Assembly (NCBI GenBank): GCA_001949185.1 | Contig: BDGG01000002.1 | Span: 3,531,826-3,595,825, forward strand | Source: Ramazzottius varieornatus | Lineage: Eukaryota; Animalia; Tardigrada | Length of the DNA stretch: 64,000 nucleotides | Direction: 5' to 3' | Part shown: in pieces, positions 42,574 to 55,850 of the stretch | How positions within the stretch are numbered: the stretch's first letter is position 1 | Layout: every line of letters begins with the position of its first letter | Translations under genes and position numbers: made by a program | The notes under the pieces: model-generated | Seen by the model: only the letters and a program-made list of their open reading frames with translations | What the model was told of the DNA's origin: nothing | The model's database searches: none

Positions 42574-45500
42574 TCAAGGAGTGAAGGTCCAGATCTTGAC
42601 ATGGCCGTCATGTCCCGCCGAGACGATGGTCTTGTCGTCCAGCCACTCCACCTTGTTGACTTGGCTCATTGGATGGGCACCTGTAACAAGATAACATTCA
42701 ACGTCAAGAGCAATGCATAAAAATATTGACACTCCATTGAACAGTTTCATTCACCATTCCATGAGAACAATGTAAAATTCCCAACTGTTACCTTTAACGA
42801 TGACATGCTTTTGAGGATCGTCCATGTACCAGACGATGATATTTGTATCCAGGCTCCCACTGACAACGTATTTTCCATTGGGCGACCAGGCTACGCAGTC
42901 GACGCGTGCTGTATGAAATCCCCATTCATTCTTGTGTGCTTTCTGAAACGAAAAAAAACATGGTGAAGCAACTTCAAACGATAATGCCGAAGCAAAATTA
43001 TACCCGTAAGTACTTTATGATTTTTCAGCATTCTTTTTAGTTTGTGCTGAATATTTCTTTTAATTGTTAGAGAGGCCGGCAACCGAAATGTACACGATCG
43101 TTATTTCAAGTGGCGCGCTTTTTCATTGTTGTTTGCAGGAAGCGTGCGTCAGTTGAGGTGACCAACCCTGTGCGTCAAGTTTCTGCCTCTGATTTTGTTA
43201 TCAATTTTCAGATTATTCTTTTTCATTTTGGATAAAGGATCCAGATGAAATTCTCACCTCGTATTTTGGTAGACTGTACACTGTCACTTTTCTATACGTA
43301 TCGGCGGCGACCAAGAACTTTCCATCAGGTGAATACGCTACAGCTTGGACGCTCCCGCCATGGCTCAGCTCTTGCTTCTCCGTCAAGGTCTTCCCGCCTT
43401 CCAACGTGCATATGTGCGTCTTGTTATCCTGCAACACACAACATCAACTGTCATCACTTCATCAACCAGCACAGAAACCCAGAAACGGAAGCACTCGAGA
43501 GTGACCGACTTACCCCGCTTCCTCCAACCGCAACTTCCGCCCCATCGGGACTTATGCTGACACTGGACGGCTGGTAGTTTACATGCAGTGCCGATGCTAT
43601 CCTGTTGTCTTTGACAATCACAACGTCGTTATTGCAGGCGAGGAATATCGAGCCATCTTTCGCTGTGGCAATGGACTTTGGCATCGACGGAAGCTTCAGG
43701 TCTCCGCCACTGTGAAAGCAACCATTAGTTTTCCAGTCTTCAGCAATCTATTGTTTCTTTATTTCTTACGTGAAAGTGTGGTTTTCGATGGTGGACTGTT
43801 TCAGCAAGTCATCCATGCCGCAGCTGACCAACCGCATCGATCCTTCGGACCCGATTAGTCCGAGACTTTGAACTTGGCTAAGGTGGGGCTTAGTCTCTCC
43901 AAAAGCGATGCGATCGTTGTCGCCGGTATCGGCATTCCAAAAAGCTAAAGCAAAAATACCTCCGTTCAGATCACACGAACGAATTCTTGCCCGCTCAAGG
44001 CAATGAAGAAGGCGTACGTGCAGTTGACATGACACCATAACCCACTGTAAGTTAGTATTCAGAATCACGACACGGCCACGGGTAAATTTTTTCTAGGGGC
44101 GAACTTACTGATGGATCCATCGTGACTTCCAGTATAAATTTCAGCCGGCTTCTTCTGCTTGTCGACAGCCAATGCGGTGACGGATTTGTTGTGTCCCTAC
44201 AGAGTAAAATCGAAACTCATCCGATGGAAAAGTTTGTACGGTGGACGCTGTAAAATGTATCGAAGTTCGAAATGCACGACTGGATGGAGGAGGATGACTT
44301 ACCTTGATGATTCGGATGGGCTTGTTCGCGTCGTTCTTGTCAAGGTAGTAAATGAAACCACCAAGCGAAACGGAAAGAATATGCTGGCCTTGCCAGAGAC
44401 ATCCCAGCTGCATGCTCTCCAGGTCTTCTCCGAACTGGAACTCCTGGACAACTTGACCGGTCGATACATCCCACAGCTTGCAGGTTTTGTCACCGGAAGC
44501 CGAAATCAGCTGCGTGTTGTCTGGACTAAAACAGACCTGCGAACAACATCCATTACAGAAAATGTGCCGTACGAGTTTTCCCTACTGCTTGTTAACCTTA
44601 CGGCATAAACACCTCCGCTGTGCGCTTTCAGTTCGGCACCGAGCTCTATCTGTTTCGCTCCATCTTTTCCTTCATAAATAAAAATCTGAAACGAAACACT
44701 TTCCTCGTACCCATTATTCCCCATCATTGTATAACGTGCAATGCGAATATCAATCGAATAATTTAGCTACCTTTCCATCAGCACCTCCACTGGCAAACCT
44801 TTCCCCGTTGGGTGAATATCTCACACAGTTTACGAAATTACTGTGCTCCTGAAACAAAAGAAGACGACATAAGGGTAGAGCCACTAAAAAAGACATTCGA
44901 TGGGAAGTTGTGAGAACTTTCAATCTTGATCTTACGGTCAAAGTTTTGTCGAATTTGAAAGGTGGTCCTTGGTACAACCCGACAGAATAGTCTTCGGACG
45001 CCGTGACGATACGAAACGGTCGTGAAGGGCGGAAGTCGATAGAGTTAATGGATTTACTCTGGCCCGCAATTTCTCCCACGGAGGTGCCAGTGTCAGCCAT
45101 GAAGACGTGCGCGAAGCGCTCTCGGCCATCCCCACACACCGCCATCCTTTGACTGTCACCCGACCATGCGAGATCTTTGATCGAACCTCCCAGAGGTTGA
45201 AACTCATTCTTCAGAAGGTGCTCCTTTTGTGTAGTGTCCCAGATGCGAACTTTCCCTGCCGCATCTGTGAGAACAATATGATCCGAAAATCACCTCAAAA
45301 TCGAAGTTATGCCCGAAAATCACTAACCGGCAGACGCAATATAGAATCCACTCGGAGCATATTTCGCTACGTTTACTGTGGTGGCATGCTCGGTGTAAAC
45401 GTCGCAGATGGCTGGATTCTGCAAGAAAAGACAGATTCGCGTTGGATTGCAAAGCGAAAGATGAACTAAGCCAGATTGTTATTTCAAGTGGCGCACGTTT

Positions 45501-46024
45501 CAACTGTTGTTGGTAGACAGAGTGCGCCGCTTCGAAAACGATCAGGTTCAACTTATTTGCTCATCCGACTCAAGTGGTGGGCTATACGGTGAACTGTCAC
45601 ACCGACATCAGCCACTAGTAGAGCGAGCGGGTTGAACAGCTCAGCCCGCCATGCCAGGTTTGAATGAGATTCACTGATTATTGATTGGCGATGCAACAGA
45701 TGGAATCTTCCATTTGATCCATCTATTTCTTTCATGATCCATCTTGCTCGCTGTTTTCTGGAGAGGCAAAGCGTCCACGATTCTCGTGTTCGATCAGATC
45801 AGGATAACTTACCGTAATATCACGGATGATGACGCTGTTGCCGTTCGTGTAGAGGAAATTCTTGCCTTTGGGATCGCCTCCCAGCACAACAGGCCGACCA
45901 CGCTCTGTCCTTGGCGTGGCGGCGTAAATGCTACCTACCAACAGTTCCGCTTGATCTCTCAGAACACAATACACAATCAAGATGTAAAAACGAGCTTTTC
46001 CAACTTACGTTTGGTGCAGGACAT
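42574..46024 (-). CDS. WDR1: Actin-interacting protein 1 (WD repeat protein 1), multi-exon
   Basis: '[38 protein letters not shown]', '[29 protein letters not shown]…GPPFKF', '[14 protein letters not shown]', '[20 protein letters not shown]', C-terminal '[30 protein letters not shown]'. Confidence 0.95.
45615..45649 (-). mobile_element. Possible Helitron 3' terminus in a WDR1 intron
   Basis: GC-rich hairpin GCGGGCTGAGCTGTTCAACCCGC followed 8 nt later by CTAG|T on the minus strand. Confidence 0.3.
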
Positions 46025-46829
46025 AGTGGATGTCAGGACTGAATGCTAGGAAGGTGCAGTCCGGCCGAATTATAGATGGGATAACAGCTATCGTAGGATT
46101 TTTCCTGCAGGATGCTTCGACTGCGGTGGGATGGCAAGAGTGTGCTTCTCTTATACGGAGGTTCGCCAAAAATAGATATGCAGTAGAGAACGGAAGATAA
46201 AACGCGAGAATTATTCATACAGCGATGCAGCTATCGGAGGAAAACATTATGAATCACTTCAAACAGTCAACAGTCAACACATAAAGTCGAATGGCATATG
46301 CCACGCTGACTGCTGTAATCGGCTGAGAAAGGGACCATCAAAGCCTTCACTTGATTGAACTCTTATAGCCGACACCGAACCGGGTCGCCACTTTACATAT
46401 GTTTCCGTAGCTTGATCTGTAACTTGAACATTTCTTCGGTCTGTACCTACGGCAAGGCTCCAGCAAACTTCTTCGCTCAAATCAATCACTGTAGAGCTGC
46501 AGTACTTTGCGTGCTGGAAACAACGGCGCGCCGAAATGCGGCTTGACTCGGCACCCACCGTAGGCTAGTGAAGAACACCCATCAACAGATACGTCAAAGA
46601 GAAGGGAATCAAATCATGATCAGCCTTTTTACGAATCATCAAATGTACAACTACTCTAATCCTATCGGCGCTACGGTTTTTTGCTGTTTTTCGCAGCTGT
46701 TTCGATCTCATTTAACGAATTGTAACATTTATTTAACTTCGTGCTTTTCTGATCAATTAACAATCAACCGTTATCTATCTGCTCCTTTGAAAGAGCAGCT
46801 GGTAGCAAGTCTGAAATTTATGGAGCTGT

Positions 46830-47620
46830 CTTGCGTCGGGACCGAGGATGAGCTCTGAAAAGATACAACACGGCTATGGAAGGGATGGCTGAAGTACTGA
46901 GGCAACATTGTCGAGAGGAATTCAAGCGGATATGGCCGATCTAAATGTACCAGCCCATGGAGCACCTTCGATACCAAGCTGAGCAGATTAGCCGCCTGGA
47001 GAGCCTCGTGGAGTTCCCACAGGAAGACAAGCTGGAGCTTCAAAGGATCGTCAAAGCTCTGCATGTAAGCCGGGAATCCATCTTGGGAAGATTGTCCTTG
47101 CTGGAAAATATCCCCCAAGGGCTGCCTGTCCCGTCGAATGAGCCTCCTGCCACCAGAGCTAGTGTCCCCAGTAGGACCCAGGCTACTGCTGCCGCAACGC
47201 CCGTAGTTTCCCCAGTCAAGGCTATCACCACTCCAACCTTTGCCGCCGTTGCTGCGCAGAAATCCCAACCATCCGAGAACCCTGCTGTCCCGCAAAAGGC
47301 AACCCGTTTTTATAAGAGGTACAAAGAAGGGTGATGAAGAAAGTATAACAGCCAATCCGCTGCGAGCCAAGGGGCCGCCGGGTCGTGAGTTCGCCATTCG
47401 GGGTTTCCCAAGACACGTAACCGCTGAACAACTGAAAGATCACCTGCAAGGCATCGGAGTGAAGCCTCGCTTCGTCCGGATAGTTCCTGTTGGCCCTGAC
47501 GACACTAAGTCTTCCACGGTTAGTCGCATTGGAGTCTTCGCTAACGATGTGAACCTTGTTCTGAAAGCCCAGAACTGGTCGTCCAACATCAGCATCACTC
47601 CTTGGAAGTTCGGTCTATAA
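46830..47620 (+). mobile_element. Degenerate non-LTR retrotransposon (CR1/Jockey-group-like) ORF1 with frameshift
   Basis: Coiled-coil segment and 'TFAAVAA', then a frameshift (~47295) into 'VFIRGT…FAIRGFPRHVTAEQLKDHL…SRIGV…LVLKAQNWSSNISITPW' (ORF1 RRM-like fold); intronless. Confidence 0.6.
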
Positions 47621-47859
47621 CAGTGAACCGAACGGCTAAACAAATTTTCTCGCTGTCTGTAATAAATTCTCCTTTAGTCTCTCTAGCTGGCACGCTAAAT
47701 AAATCTAGTTGTTGTCTTGAACCTGAAGGATTGATCCTTATAACGATACTCGTTCCTGATCAACCGGTGACTCTGTTTTGGTTACTGTAAATTTTTCTAT
47801 CATCGTGCTGAGTAAACTTTGATTCTCTTAACATCGGGGAGGTCGTCGACTGAATTGTC

Positions 47860-48290
47860 GAGGCTAGTAAATTTCCTTCCTTCCTTGGGTGTGTTGCACA
47901 TGACGTAACGAATACTTGCTCCGCCTCGTTATTCGCATAGTACAACCAATCAACCGCTTGAACATGTGTCCCACTCTCCGGCAACGCCAAGTACAGCAGC
48001 TCATCAGTGCGCTCAATGGACAAATTAACATGGACCGTAAAGACTCCACCCCGTTCTTCCTTTCGTAGCCGCACACAGCGCGAGCGCAAGTCCGTCAGTG
48101 GAGTGTGCCTGCTTACTTGGAGCATCACACGTTACGTTTGCGCCGGCGGGAATCCGCATCTACTACCGACGGCACCCGAAAGGTAGCACGGAGGATTACA
48201 CGGCAGAATTCCATTGAGCGAAGAAGTGGCTCCGGTACAGAGGCCCGGCGGTACTTGCCTTCCGAACCAGCTTCGTTATCCACCGTATGC
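47860..48290 (-). mobile_element. Possible decayed LINE ORF2 C-terminal (Cys-knuckle) fragment
   Basis: 'LRATFRVPSVVDA…RAVCGYERKNGVESLRSMLICPL' loosely resembles the LINE tail 'RxCxxC…VEDExHxLLxCP'; stops and frameshifts present. Confidence 0.3.
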
Positions 48291-48879
48291 AGACATTCTT
48301 TCTCCTCAACCAGCTGGAAACGGCTTCGGTATAACCTGGAAACTCGTTATGTGGTGTATTAATATTTATGTATGAAAATGCCGCTCAGCTGGATTGGAAG
48401 TCTCGAAAATACGTCGGTTACCTCCACCTAATCATCACAGAAGCATTTACGCAAATGATGCGTGTGGCCTCAAAGTTTTACACAGTCGACATCCCATCCT
48501 GTTCAATCTACTATTCTGAATCCCTGCAAGAATTGGAAGTCTCAGTTCGCTACCGGGACCGCTGCATCTCAGAGCAGCAACCGGAAGATTGTTCCCTCCA
48601 GCCCTTTCTTGTGGGTTATAACACGAGATGGAAACCCTCGCCGTCTGTCACCCTAAGCTGTAGCCAAGCAATCTACATTGCAGATGTATCTAAAAATCTC
48701 AAGAAAGGTATAATGCTGAACTGCTGAGCGAAGCAAGGAGCTGTCGGTCCACGTTTCTTGTAGTAGTAACTAGCTGATGATAAAAATCACATTGTCTGTT
48801 TGTTGCGCGTATTCCCGTCGTAGATAAACGCTACGTCGAGTTTATATCGTATCCCGAACTTCCGCGCGGTGGAGTCGAC

Positions 48880-49815
48880 ATGGGGCTGATCAGCGTAACA
48901 TTTTGCCTCTTAGGGGCGTTCTACTCACTGGTATGTCGTAGCACTTTGAGTCCTACAAGAACCCGTAAATTTACCAGGTTGCCTTGAGGAAAATGCATGT
49001 GAATCGGAGTATGTAATCAGTGAGGCATCCGGTTGTCATTTGACTTCACGCAACAAGTTGGTTGCAGTTCATATCCCATCTTCATCTGTTACGAGCCACT
49101 CACCGGATATACTTTGGACGATGGCTGTCGGCAATGGGCGAGCGTAACAGTTTGTCAAGTTTTCAGAGTTCTGTTGTGGCTGAAGGTGCGACTGGCGAAA
49201 TCATACTCGGTACACTGGGAATCATTCTTACAGTTTTATTTATTGTCGCCATTGTTCGGCTGTTGATCGGACTAGAACAGGTATGGGACACACTTGTGTC
49301 TTTTGGCTCTGATGTCTGTTGTTTTGATGAAGGTCGGTGATGTTTTTGCAGTTTTCCAAAAGCGACATGACCTTCTACGTTATCGTGGGAGCCGTATTTG
49401 CATTTTGGCAGTTTGTTACATCAGTGATCGACTTGTCCCGGTCAACCAACGACTATGCTGACGCTCCAGTAAGTGCAATGACTGTTGTCTTCAGAATGAC
49501 TTCTGCCGTTACCCTGTAATTCGCACTCTGGTTTTACAACGTTGCAGAACTATCTTGTCCTAAGCAACCCTGGAATGTTCCGAAACCAAATTGAGATAGG
49601 TGCAGGAACTATCGGCCTTGTCGCTCTTCCCGTAAATGTGAGTACTTCACTGTGCTGTAGGCTTTTCTGAATAGTCTACATGGCTCTTGGTGTGGGCTCT
49701 CTGGAACAACCGAATGATATGATGAGCGGACTTTTTGAAATTTCTGCCGATAACTATATTGCAGATCGCGGTGGTCGTTTTGGTCTTCATCTACAACAGG
49801 TACAACGGACGTTGA
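48880..49815 (+). CDS. Small multi-pass (about 4 TM) membrane protein, paralog 1, 5 exons
   Basis: Phase-0 joins: MGLISVTFCLLGAFYSL|FISHLHLLRATHRIYFGRW…IILGTLGIILTVLFIVAIVRLLIGLEQ|FSKSDMTFYVIVGAVFAFWQF…|…IGLVALPVN|IAVVVLVFIYNRYNGR*. Confidence 0.78.
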
Positions 49816-50109
49816 AGAACGATTAACCTCATAGTATTCAGTTCGAGATACTCCAGGGTCAGAGATTCTTGTTTTTGGTTCACTTCTCTGAAATGCTCAT
49901 TTTTAAGTTCAGGGTATCCGACTTGGCAACAGATGCTTTACGAGCGCGCAGATTTCTGGGTGCAGCAAACTTCACTAGATCGTCTCTTACTTGATGCCAC
50001 TTTCACGAACGAACTGAGCTTCGGGATGTAGTACCTCACCTTCCATTATACTAAGCGAGATTCAGTCTTTGAAAATATCTCATCTGATTAATTCGACCAC
50101 AGTCTTACT

Positions 50110-51212
50110 ATGTGTTCTGCCAGTCGGAGATGTTGCATCATAGCTGCTCTCTACACGATTGTAAGAAGGATATTCAAATATCCGCACAAGTTAACGACGA
50201 GTGTGTTTTCCTGCCGGTGAACACGGAATAGCGCTTACGATTAACTAAGATACAAGGGTCAGGTAATCACCGGTAGGAAGACCCTTTTTCCTTGTGTGTC
50301 ATCAAGATGTTCTATAGTTCGACAGCGCGTAGTTCGTCATGTGCAAACGACAGGTTTAGAGACTGATAATCCACGACGCTTATTTAGCTACTGGCGTACC
50401 TTGACTTGCTGAGAAGCGCACATCGTCTCATATTCGCTACTTGGGCCGGAGTAGAATTTTCAGACATATCACAGAAACTTCGCATAAGAAGGTCTGACGG
50501 CAGTACGCCAGGAGTTTTCGCCGACAAAGGGTCCTGGATTGACGGAACCAATGACATGGTGTTGGGTATAGCGGGCATCCTGTTCTACATTCCTATGTTC
50601 GTAGCCGGACCATTGCTTATCATTGCAATAGAACGGGTATGATTTAAGTTTACTAAACAGATATTTCTCGAACTGGACAGTTTCCAACTTTCTCAAATTC
50701 CACCCCTTCGGGGGATCAATGCTTTGTTCTTCCATTACAGAACAACCGTACGTACGTGACAGCATACCTGGCAATCGTGGGTACCTTCTCTGTATGGCAG
50801 GTTGCAAGCTCAGTGTATGATGTAGTCGTCGCTTCGGCAAATGACAGCAACAAAGCACAATATTACTGGACAAGCCCGAATCACGTGGTAGGTGGTCCGT
50901 GCGGATGAACACTAAGTGCAGATGTCTGGATGGAATACGTCACACCTGAATATTTGCCGTACTTTTTGTAGCTCACGGACATAATGGGTGCCAGTAACAA
51001 AGTGCACCTTATGCTGACAACCGGTGCGGCGGGTTTTCTTCTCTTCTTTGTCAACGTAAGACCGATTCTCCATTGTCAGTATACACTTCTTATTTTCCGT
51101 GGGTCAAAGTTGACCACGTCTCTTTCTGCAGATTGGGGTTCTCGTAGACGTCAGCAACTACAGGAAATTCCAGATGAATCAAGCCACAATCTTTGGGTCG
51201 TCGGAAGAATGA
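50110..51212 (+). CDS. Small multi-pass (about 4 TM) membrane protein, paralog 2, 5 exons
   Basis: MCSASRRCCIIAALYTI|LLAYLDLLRSAHRLIFATW…MVLGIAGILF…LLIIAIER|NNRTYVTAYLAIVGTFSVWQV…|…AAGFLLFFVN|IGVLVDVSNYRKF…*. Same 51-nt first coding exon and intron positions as paralog 1. Confidence 0.78.
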
Positions 51213-51605
51213 AACGTGTAGCTCCGCCAGAGACCGCCCCTCGAGGCACCATAAAGCCGCTCAAAAGTCCGGTTTCGTTTTGAACGTTGCCTCATTTGCC
51301 TGCTCGAAAAGTTTCATAGCAACTTTGTAATCACAGCTTAAGCTCCCACATGTATATCCTGTACATGAATAGATAATGGAAAAATAACCAAAGGGTGAAT
51401 AACGAACAGAAGTAAAAGTGACCCTGAAAATCCAAACCTAATCTTCCCAAGGAAAGATTTGTGTATAATAAAAAAACTATGCGGCGAGTTCGCGTCGCAA
51501 AAAAGTCGAGGTCTTGTCCTCTTTCAAAATAAAACTTTAAATCAGAACAGAATTGGTTTGCAGCTTAACAAGAACAAATATGCTTCCTCTCGTAAAAAAG
51601 CCGGC

Positions 51606-54600
51606 TCAGCTAGTATCGAAGTTCAGCAACATATCACTGTTACTCATCCGCACACTGGCTCCTGCGTGACTACTCGTACCATTGGTGGTACTGCCACTCC
51701 AGTAATGAGATCCCTCCGTGCCGTTCTCCGACAACCCGTTCCATTCTCCATTTGCTCGGAACGGATCAAAGTCCACACTTGATCCATTCGACATCACCGA
51801 ACCCGACCTGTAACAACCAAAACCCATAAGCCATAGCTTTCATCAAACTCAATCAGTAAGCGGGACATAAGCAAAGGATTTCAGTCAGATCGTCATCTTA
51901 ATGGGCGCACGTTCCCGTTGTTACTGGCCAGTCACGTGCGCCACTTGAGAAAACGATCTCTACGAGTTTTCGTTGTCTTCTGGAGTGGCGCAAGTTTTAT
52001 CGTTTCTGGCTGAGAGTGTGCGCCACCCGCGAAACCTGGGTAAGTTCATTTCAAAATATCACTTACCCATTGAAAGGATTGGTCTCCTCATGAAAGCCAT
52101 TGTGGCCTTTCACGAAACCACTCAAGCTGACCGTATCGGTACTCGACACATCAGACAACGGAGTACCGCTCAACGACCGAGGTTCTTCTATCACTTCACC
52201 GAAGCCCTTTGTCACCTCATTACTTGGTGATGGTACCACCGATGGACTGTCTACGCTACCACCGCCACCCATGCCTCGGCGTTGCAGCAGCTTCCGTGCG
52301 TTCTCCAGTGCGTCTATCGGCTTGGCTGTTTCTGTTACCGGAGACGCGAGAGTGGAGAGACGGTCTGTGGAGCCGTTGAGTGTAGTGGAAAGACCGCTAC
52401 CGGACTTGGTCATGCGCTTGATGGCTTCCAGTCGTTGTCGTCGGGCGTTACGTTCTTCCTCCTCCCGCTGTTCTTCTTCAAGCTTCCTTCGTCGCAACTC
52501 GTCGATGGCTGGATCAACGGAGGGTGCAGGAGGAGCAGAAGGCTGTTGAGGTACTTCGGACCGGATAAAGGTTTCGGTTTCCACCGGTGGCGAAGAAGGA
52601 ACTTCCGCCGACGAAGCTTCTTGTGCCTAAAACGCGCAATAAATCGACGAATCAATTTATCAACTAAATTCCGAAGTACTAATTGTCATTTTACCGGTTG
52701 GATTTCTTGGTAGTTCTCTGGGGTGGTTTTTTCATCAGTTCGCGGTCCGGCGCGGTTGTTTTCGGTAGCCGGAGACTCGACTTGGCGTGAAAAATGCTCC
52801 GGAATCTCTTCCAGCAAGTGAACAATTTCTTCAATGCCTTCTCGAACATTTTCGATGGCTTCTTCCACATCCGAGTTCTGGCTTTCCACTAACCGTTCAT
52901 CATTTTCTCGATTTATCTCATCACGCCGAACTTCCTCTTCGTCAACTCGGTTAACCAAGACACCAGTACCGACTGAGGCTTCCTCGTCCGAGTGAATATT
53001 ATTCACTTCCGAGACCGAATCGTGTCGTGAAAGACTATTAGACTCTTCTGTGAAAGACTTTTCGAGCTCGACAAACTCGGCGACAGACGCCCGTCGGTTA
53101 GTCACGTCCAGACTCTGTTCCGACTCTTCGAATCCCGAAGACGAAGGTTGGGAGTCCAACAGCATGGACTCGCTCAGGTTGTGACCAGATGCTGCGCTCC
53201 TCTCAGCCTCGAGCTTCAAGCGAGCTAGGCGACGCTTCTCAGCGAGGGCTGCCTTCGCTTCGGCTTCCGATATTACCTTCCGACCAGTCCTGAGAGAGAC
53301 TTCGGGGTTCTCGGGTGTGGAAGGAAGCTTTAGCGAACTCTCAAACCGGACAATCTGGAAAGGTTTCCGATTAGAATTCGATTTCAAATTTGGTGCTCAG
53401 CCAACAAACTCGACACAATGAGTTGTCCAAGTGAGACAAGCTGTAAGTCAAGAACACCGACAACGTGCGCCAGCTGAACAAACTCAATAGGATCGTTTTT
53501 CCCAGTGGCGCATTCATTCAGCCAGTACCAGTGCAAAAATACGCCACTTGGGAAAACGATCTTGTCGAGTCTGTCTGCCGAGCTCTCAATATTATTTTTA
53601 CTTTTGTGAAGCGTTACGCCTTTCGATAAAATGAGAAATCGCAGAATATTGTTCCCTTAGTACGACGAAAAAAGGGTGGACTTACCTCTTCCGTTTTTCG
53701 TGGTGACTCGATTTCCACTTCGCTCTTGGCGGGTTGCAGAATCATCGAGCTTCCTTGATTCTTCTTTTGTCTTCGAGCTGAAACGTTACCAACGCTTTGG
53801 GATCGTTTGGAGAGGGTCTGGAAGCTGGAGGAAGTGTCGGGTGTGCTAGCTGCCGTCTTGGATACCTCGGCTGGCTGGAGGAGCGACCTGGTCATCAGGC
53901 TGGTTGGACGCTTGGCACGCGCTGACGCCGGTTCAGCCTGAGCGGTTGTAGGCCTCGAGCCTTGACGTGAACGCGCCGTTTCGGCTGGACGATGACGGTT
54001 GGTCGGTGGCGGATGCGATTGAGCTGAACGTGGAGGACGCGTCGAATGTGCTGGGAAAAAAATAGATGAGATATTTGACGATTTGCTATCAAAACTAAGT
54101 CAAAAACTATTTCCATAATTCGATTGCTGAACAAAGTCTTGGAAAGGTTTTGCAAAAGTTTTCCCGAGTCTTTAGCATTCCGGTAGAAAGTCGAGTCAGG
54201 CCCAAAGCAGAAGTTTGTTTAATATGCTGGATATTTCCTGAGATGGAAACGAGGCATTTTTTCCACAATTTTTTTACCTGGTGAATTTTCAGACGAGCCA
54301 GCTTTCGAACCACTGACGAAATCCAGCGGTCCTCCATTCCTGCTTGGCGTTCCCGGCGACCCGCGTGTCCTAGCGGTTTGGCTAGAATCTACCACATCAG
54401 AACAGCATTTAATTGAAGATCCCCCTTGGGACCCAGTGTCCCACACTTGACACCATAAAACAGTCATGATCGTGATTTCAGCGTCTTACTGGGAGAGAGG
54501 ACGACGCTGTGATGATGACTCCTCTGTGTCATACTGCCTCGGCTCCTGGAGGCCAGAGCGCCCACCGAGACTGCCCGTCGTGAAGCTGACATATCACTGC

Positions 54601-55850
54601 CGAACATTGTATCATCCTGTTCAGACAGACGATACGTCGATAATCCATAGGCCATTCTGCGGCTTTCATGCTGTCGTCTCTTGTTATCTATCCGATCGAA
54701 TATCTCTTGGTGCTTCCTCAGTATCGCTTCTTTCCGATTCTATGAAGAAAATAAAACGTCAGTAACTCAATCTGTATGATTGTATAACTCAAAAGAGTTC
54801 TTTCAAGATAAAGCAGCGGAAAAGCAGCGTCTGCATACGCATCCAACACAGTAGGCTACGGCGTACAAGTATGCAGGTTTGTGAAAGACCAGATATCTTT
54901 GTTTCTCTACCCTTTCAATTTCTTCCAGCTTGCGTTTCCTCGCGAGTACTTCGTTCCTTCGTTGTTCATCCCTGTTTCGAAGTTCTTCAAGGAAGCGTCG
55001 TTTCTGTGTGGCTTGTTGCTGTTTAGCTTTGAAAGCTTGCAGTTGGGCCTGTTTGAGTTCGTCAAGTCGGCGTTTGTGTTCCAACATCTGTCGCTCGCGA
55101 ACCAGTTTAATTCGCTCGTCGCGTGTGAGACCGTCTACAAAAGACGAAGAGAACACAGAAAGTTAGTCACGACTCGCCAGGCAAAAAACAAATTAGAGCG
55201 GAACGTAAACTGTGCTTCATTACACCATGAAAACTCTGATGAGCCTGACAATTGCCAAAAATACCACACTGCATGGCTCCTCGCTGCGATATCCTGCCCA
55301 GCACTTCTTGTGCTTATTATCATAACAATATTTCTCAGGAAAAAATGCGCTGAAATGCTTGAGAGGTCGGCCGACATGATCGAATTACATCTCAGTGTTG
55401 TACCGTTACGGCAACACTGAAATGAAAAATCGTGGGCGGATGAGTGTTAAATTACAGTTGTTGAATAACATCGATCACGAAGAGCCGACCAATCAACTAC
55501 GGGCCAATCAATCCGCAGCCAAATTCTGCGTTTTATGGTGAGCCATGCAGTCTGGTACATTACCCACACAATAGTCAGGGCGCCCTCTAGTCGAATACTC
55601 CACGCCCAACCATAAATGAGACTCATACTTCGTAAAACAACCGTAGGAAAAAGTCGGAAAACGCTATGACTGCAATCGACTCTGATTCATCCCTCAACGT
55701 ACCTTTAGACTTACGACTGGGCATGTTATGAGAGGAAGCATCTCCCATGTTGGCTACGTCCGAGGCTTCAGAGTCCGATCTTCCAAGACGGCGTTCTGAA
55801 AATTTGGGATTCTCTGAGCCCATAATAGAAGGGCCCGAAGGAGAATCCAT
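51606..55850 (-). CDS. MAP7: MAP7/ensconsin microtubule-associated protein, multi-exon
   Basis: N-terminal coiled coil 'RDERIKLVRERQ…RRLDELK…RDEQRRNEVLARKRKLEE'; MAP7 domain 'ISEAEAKAALAEKRRLAR' and 'EEERNARRQRLEAIKRMTK'. Confidence 0.82.
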
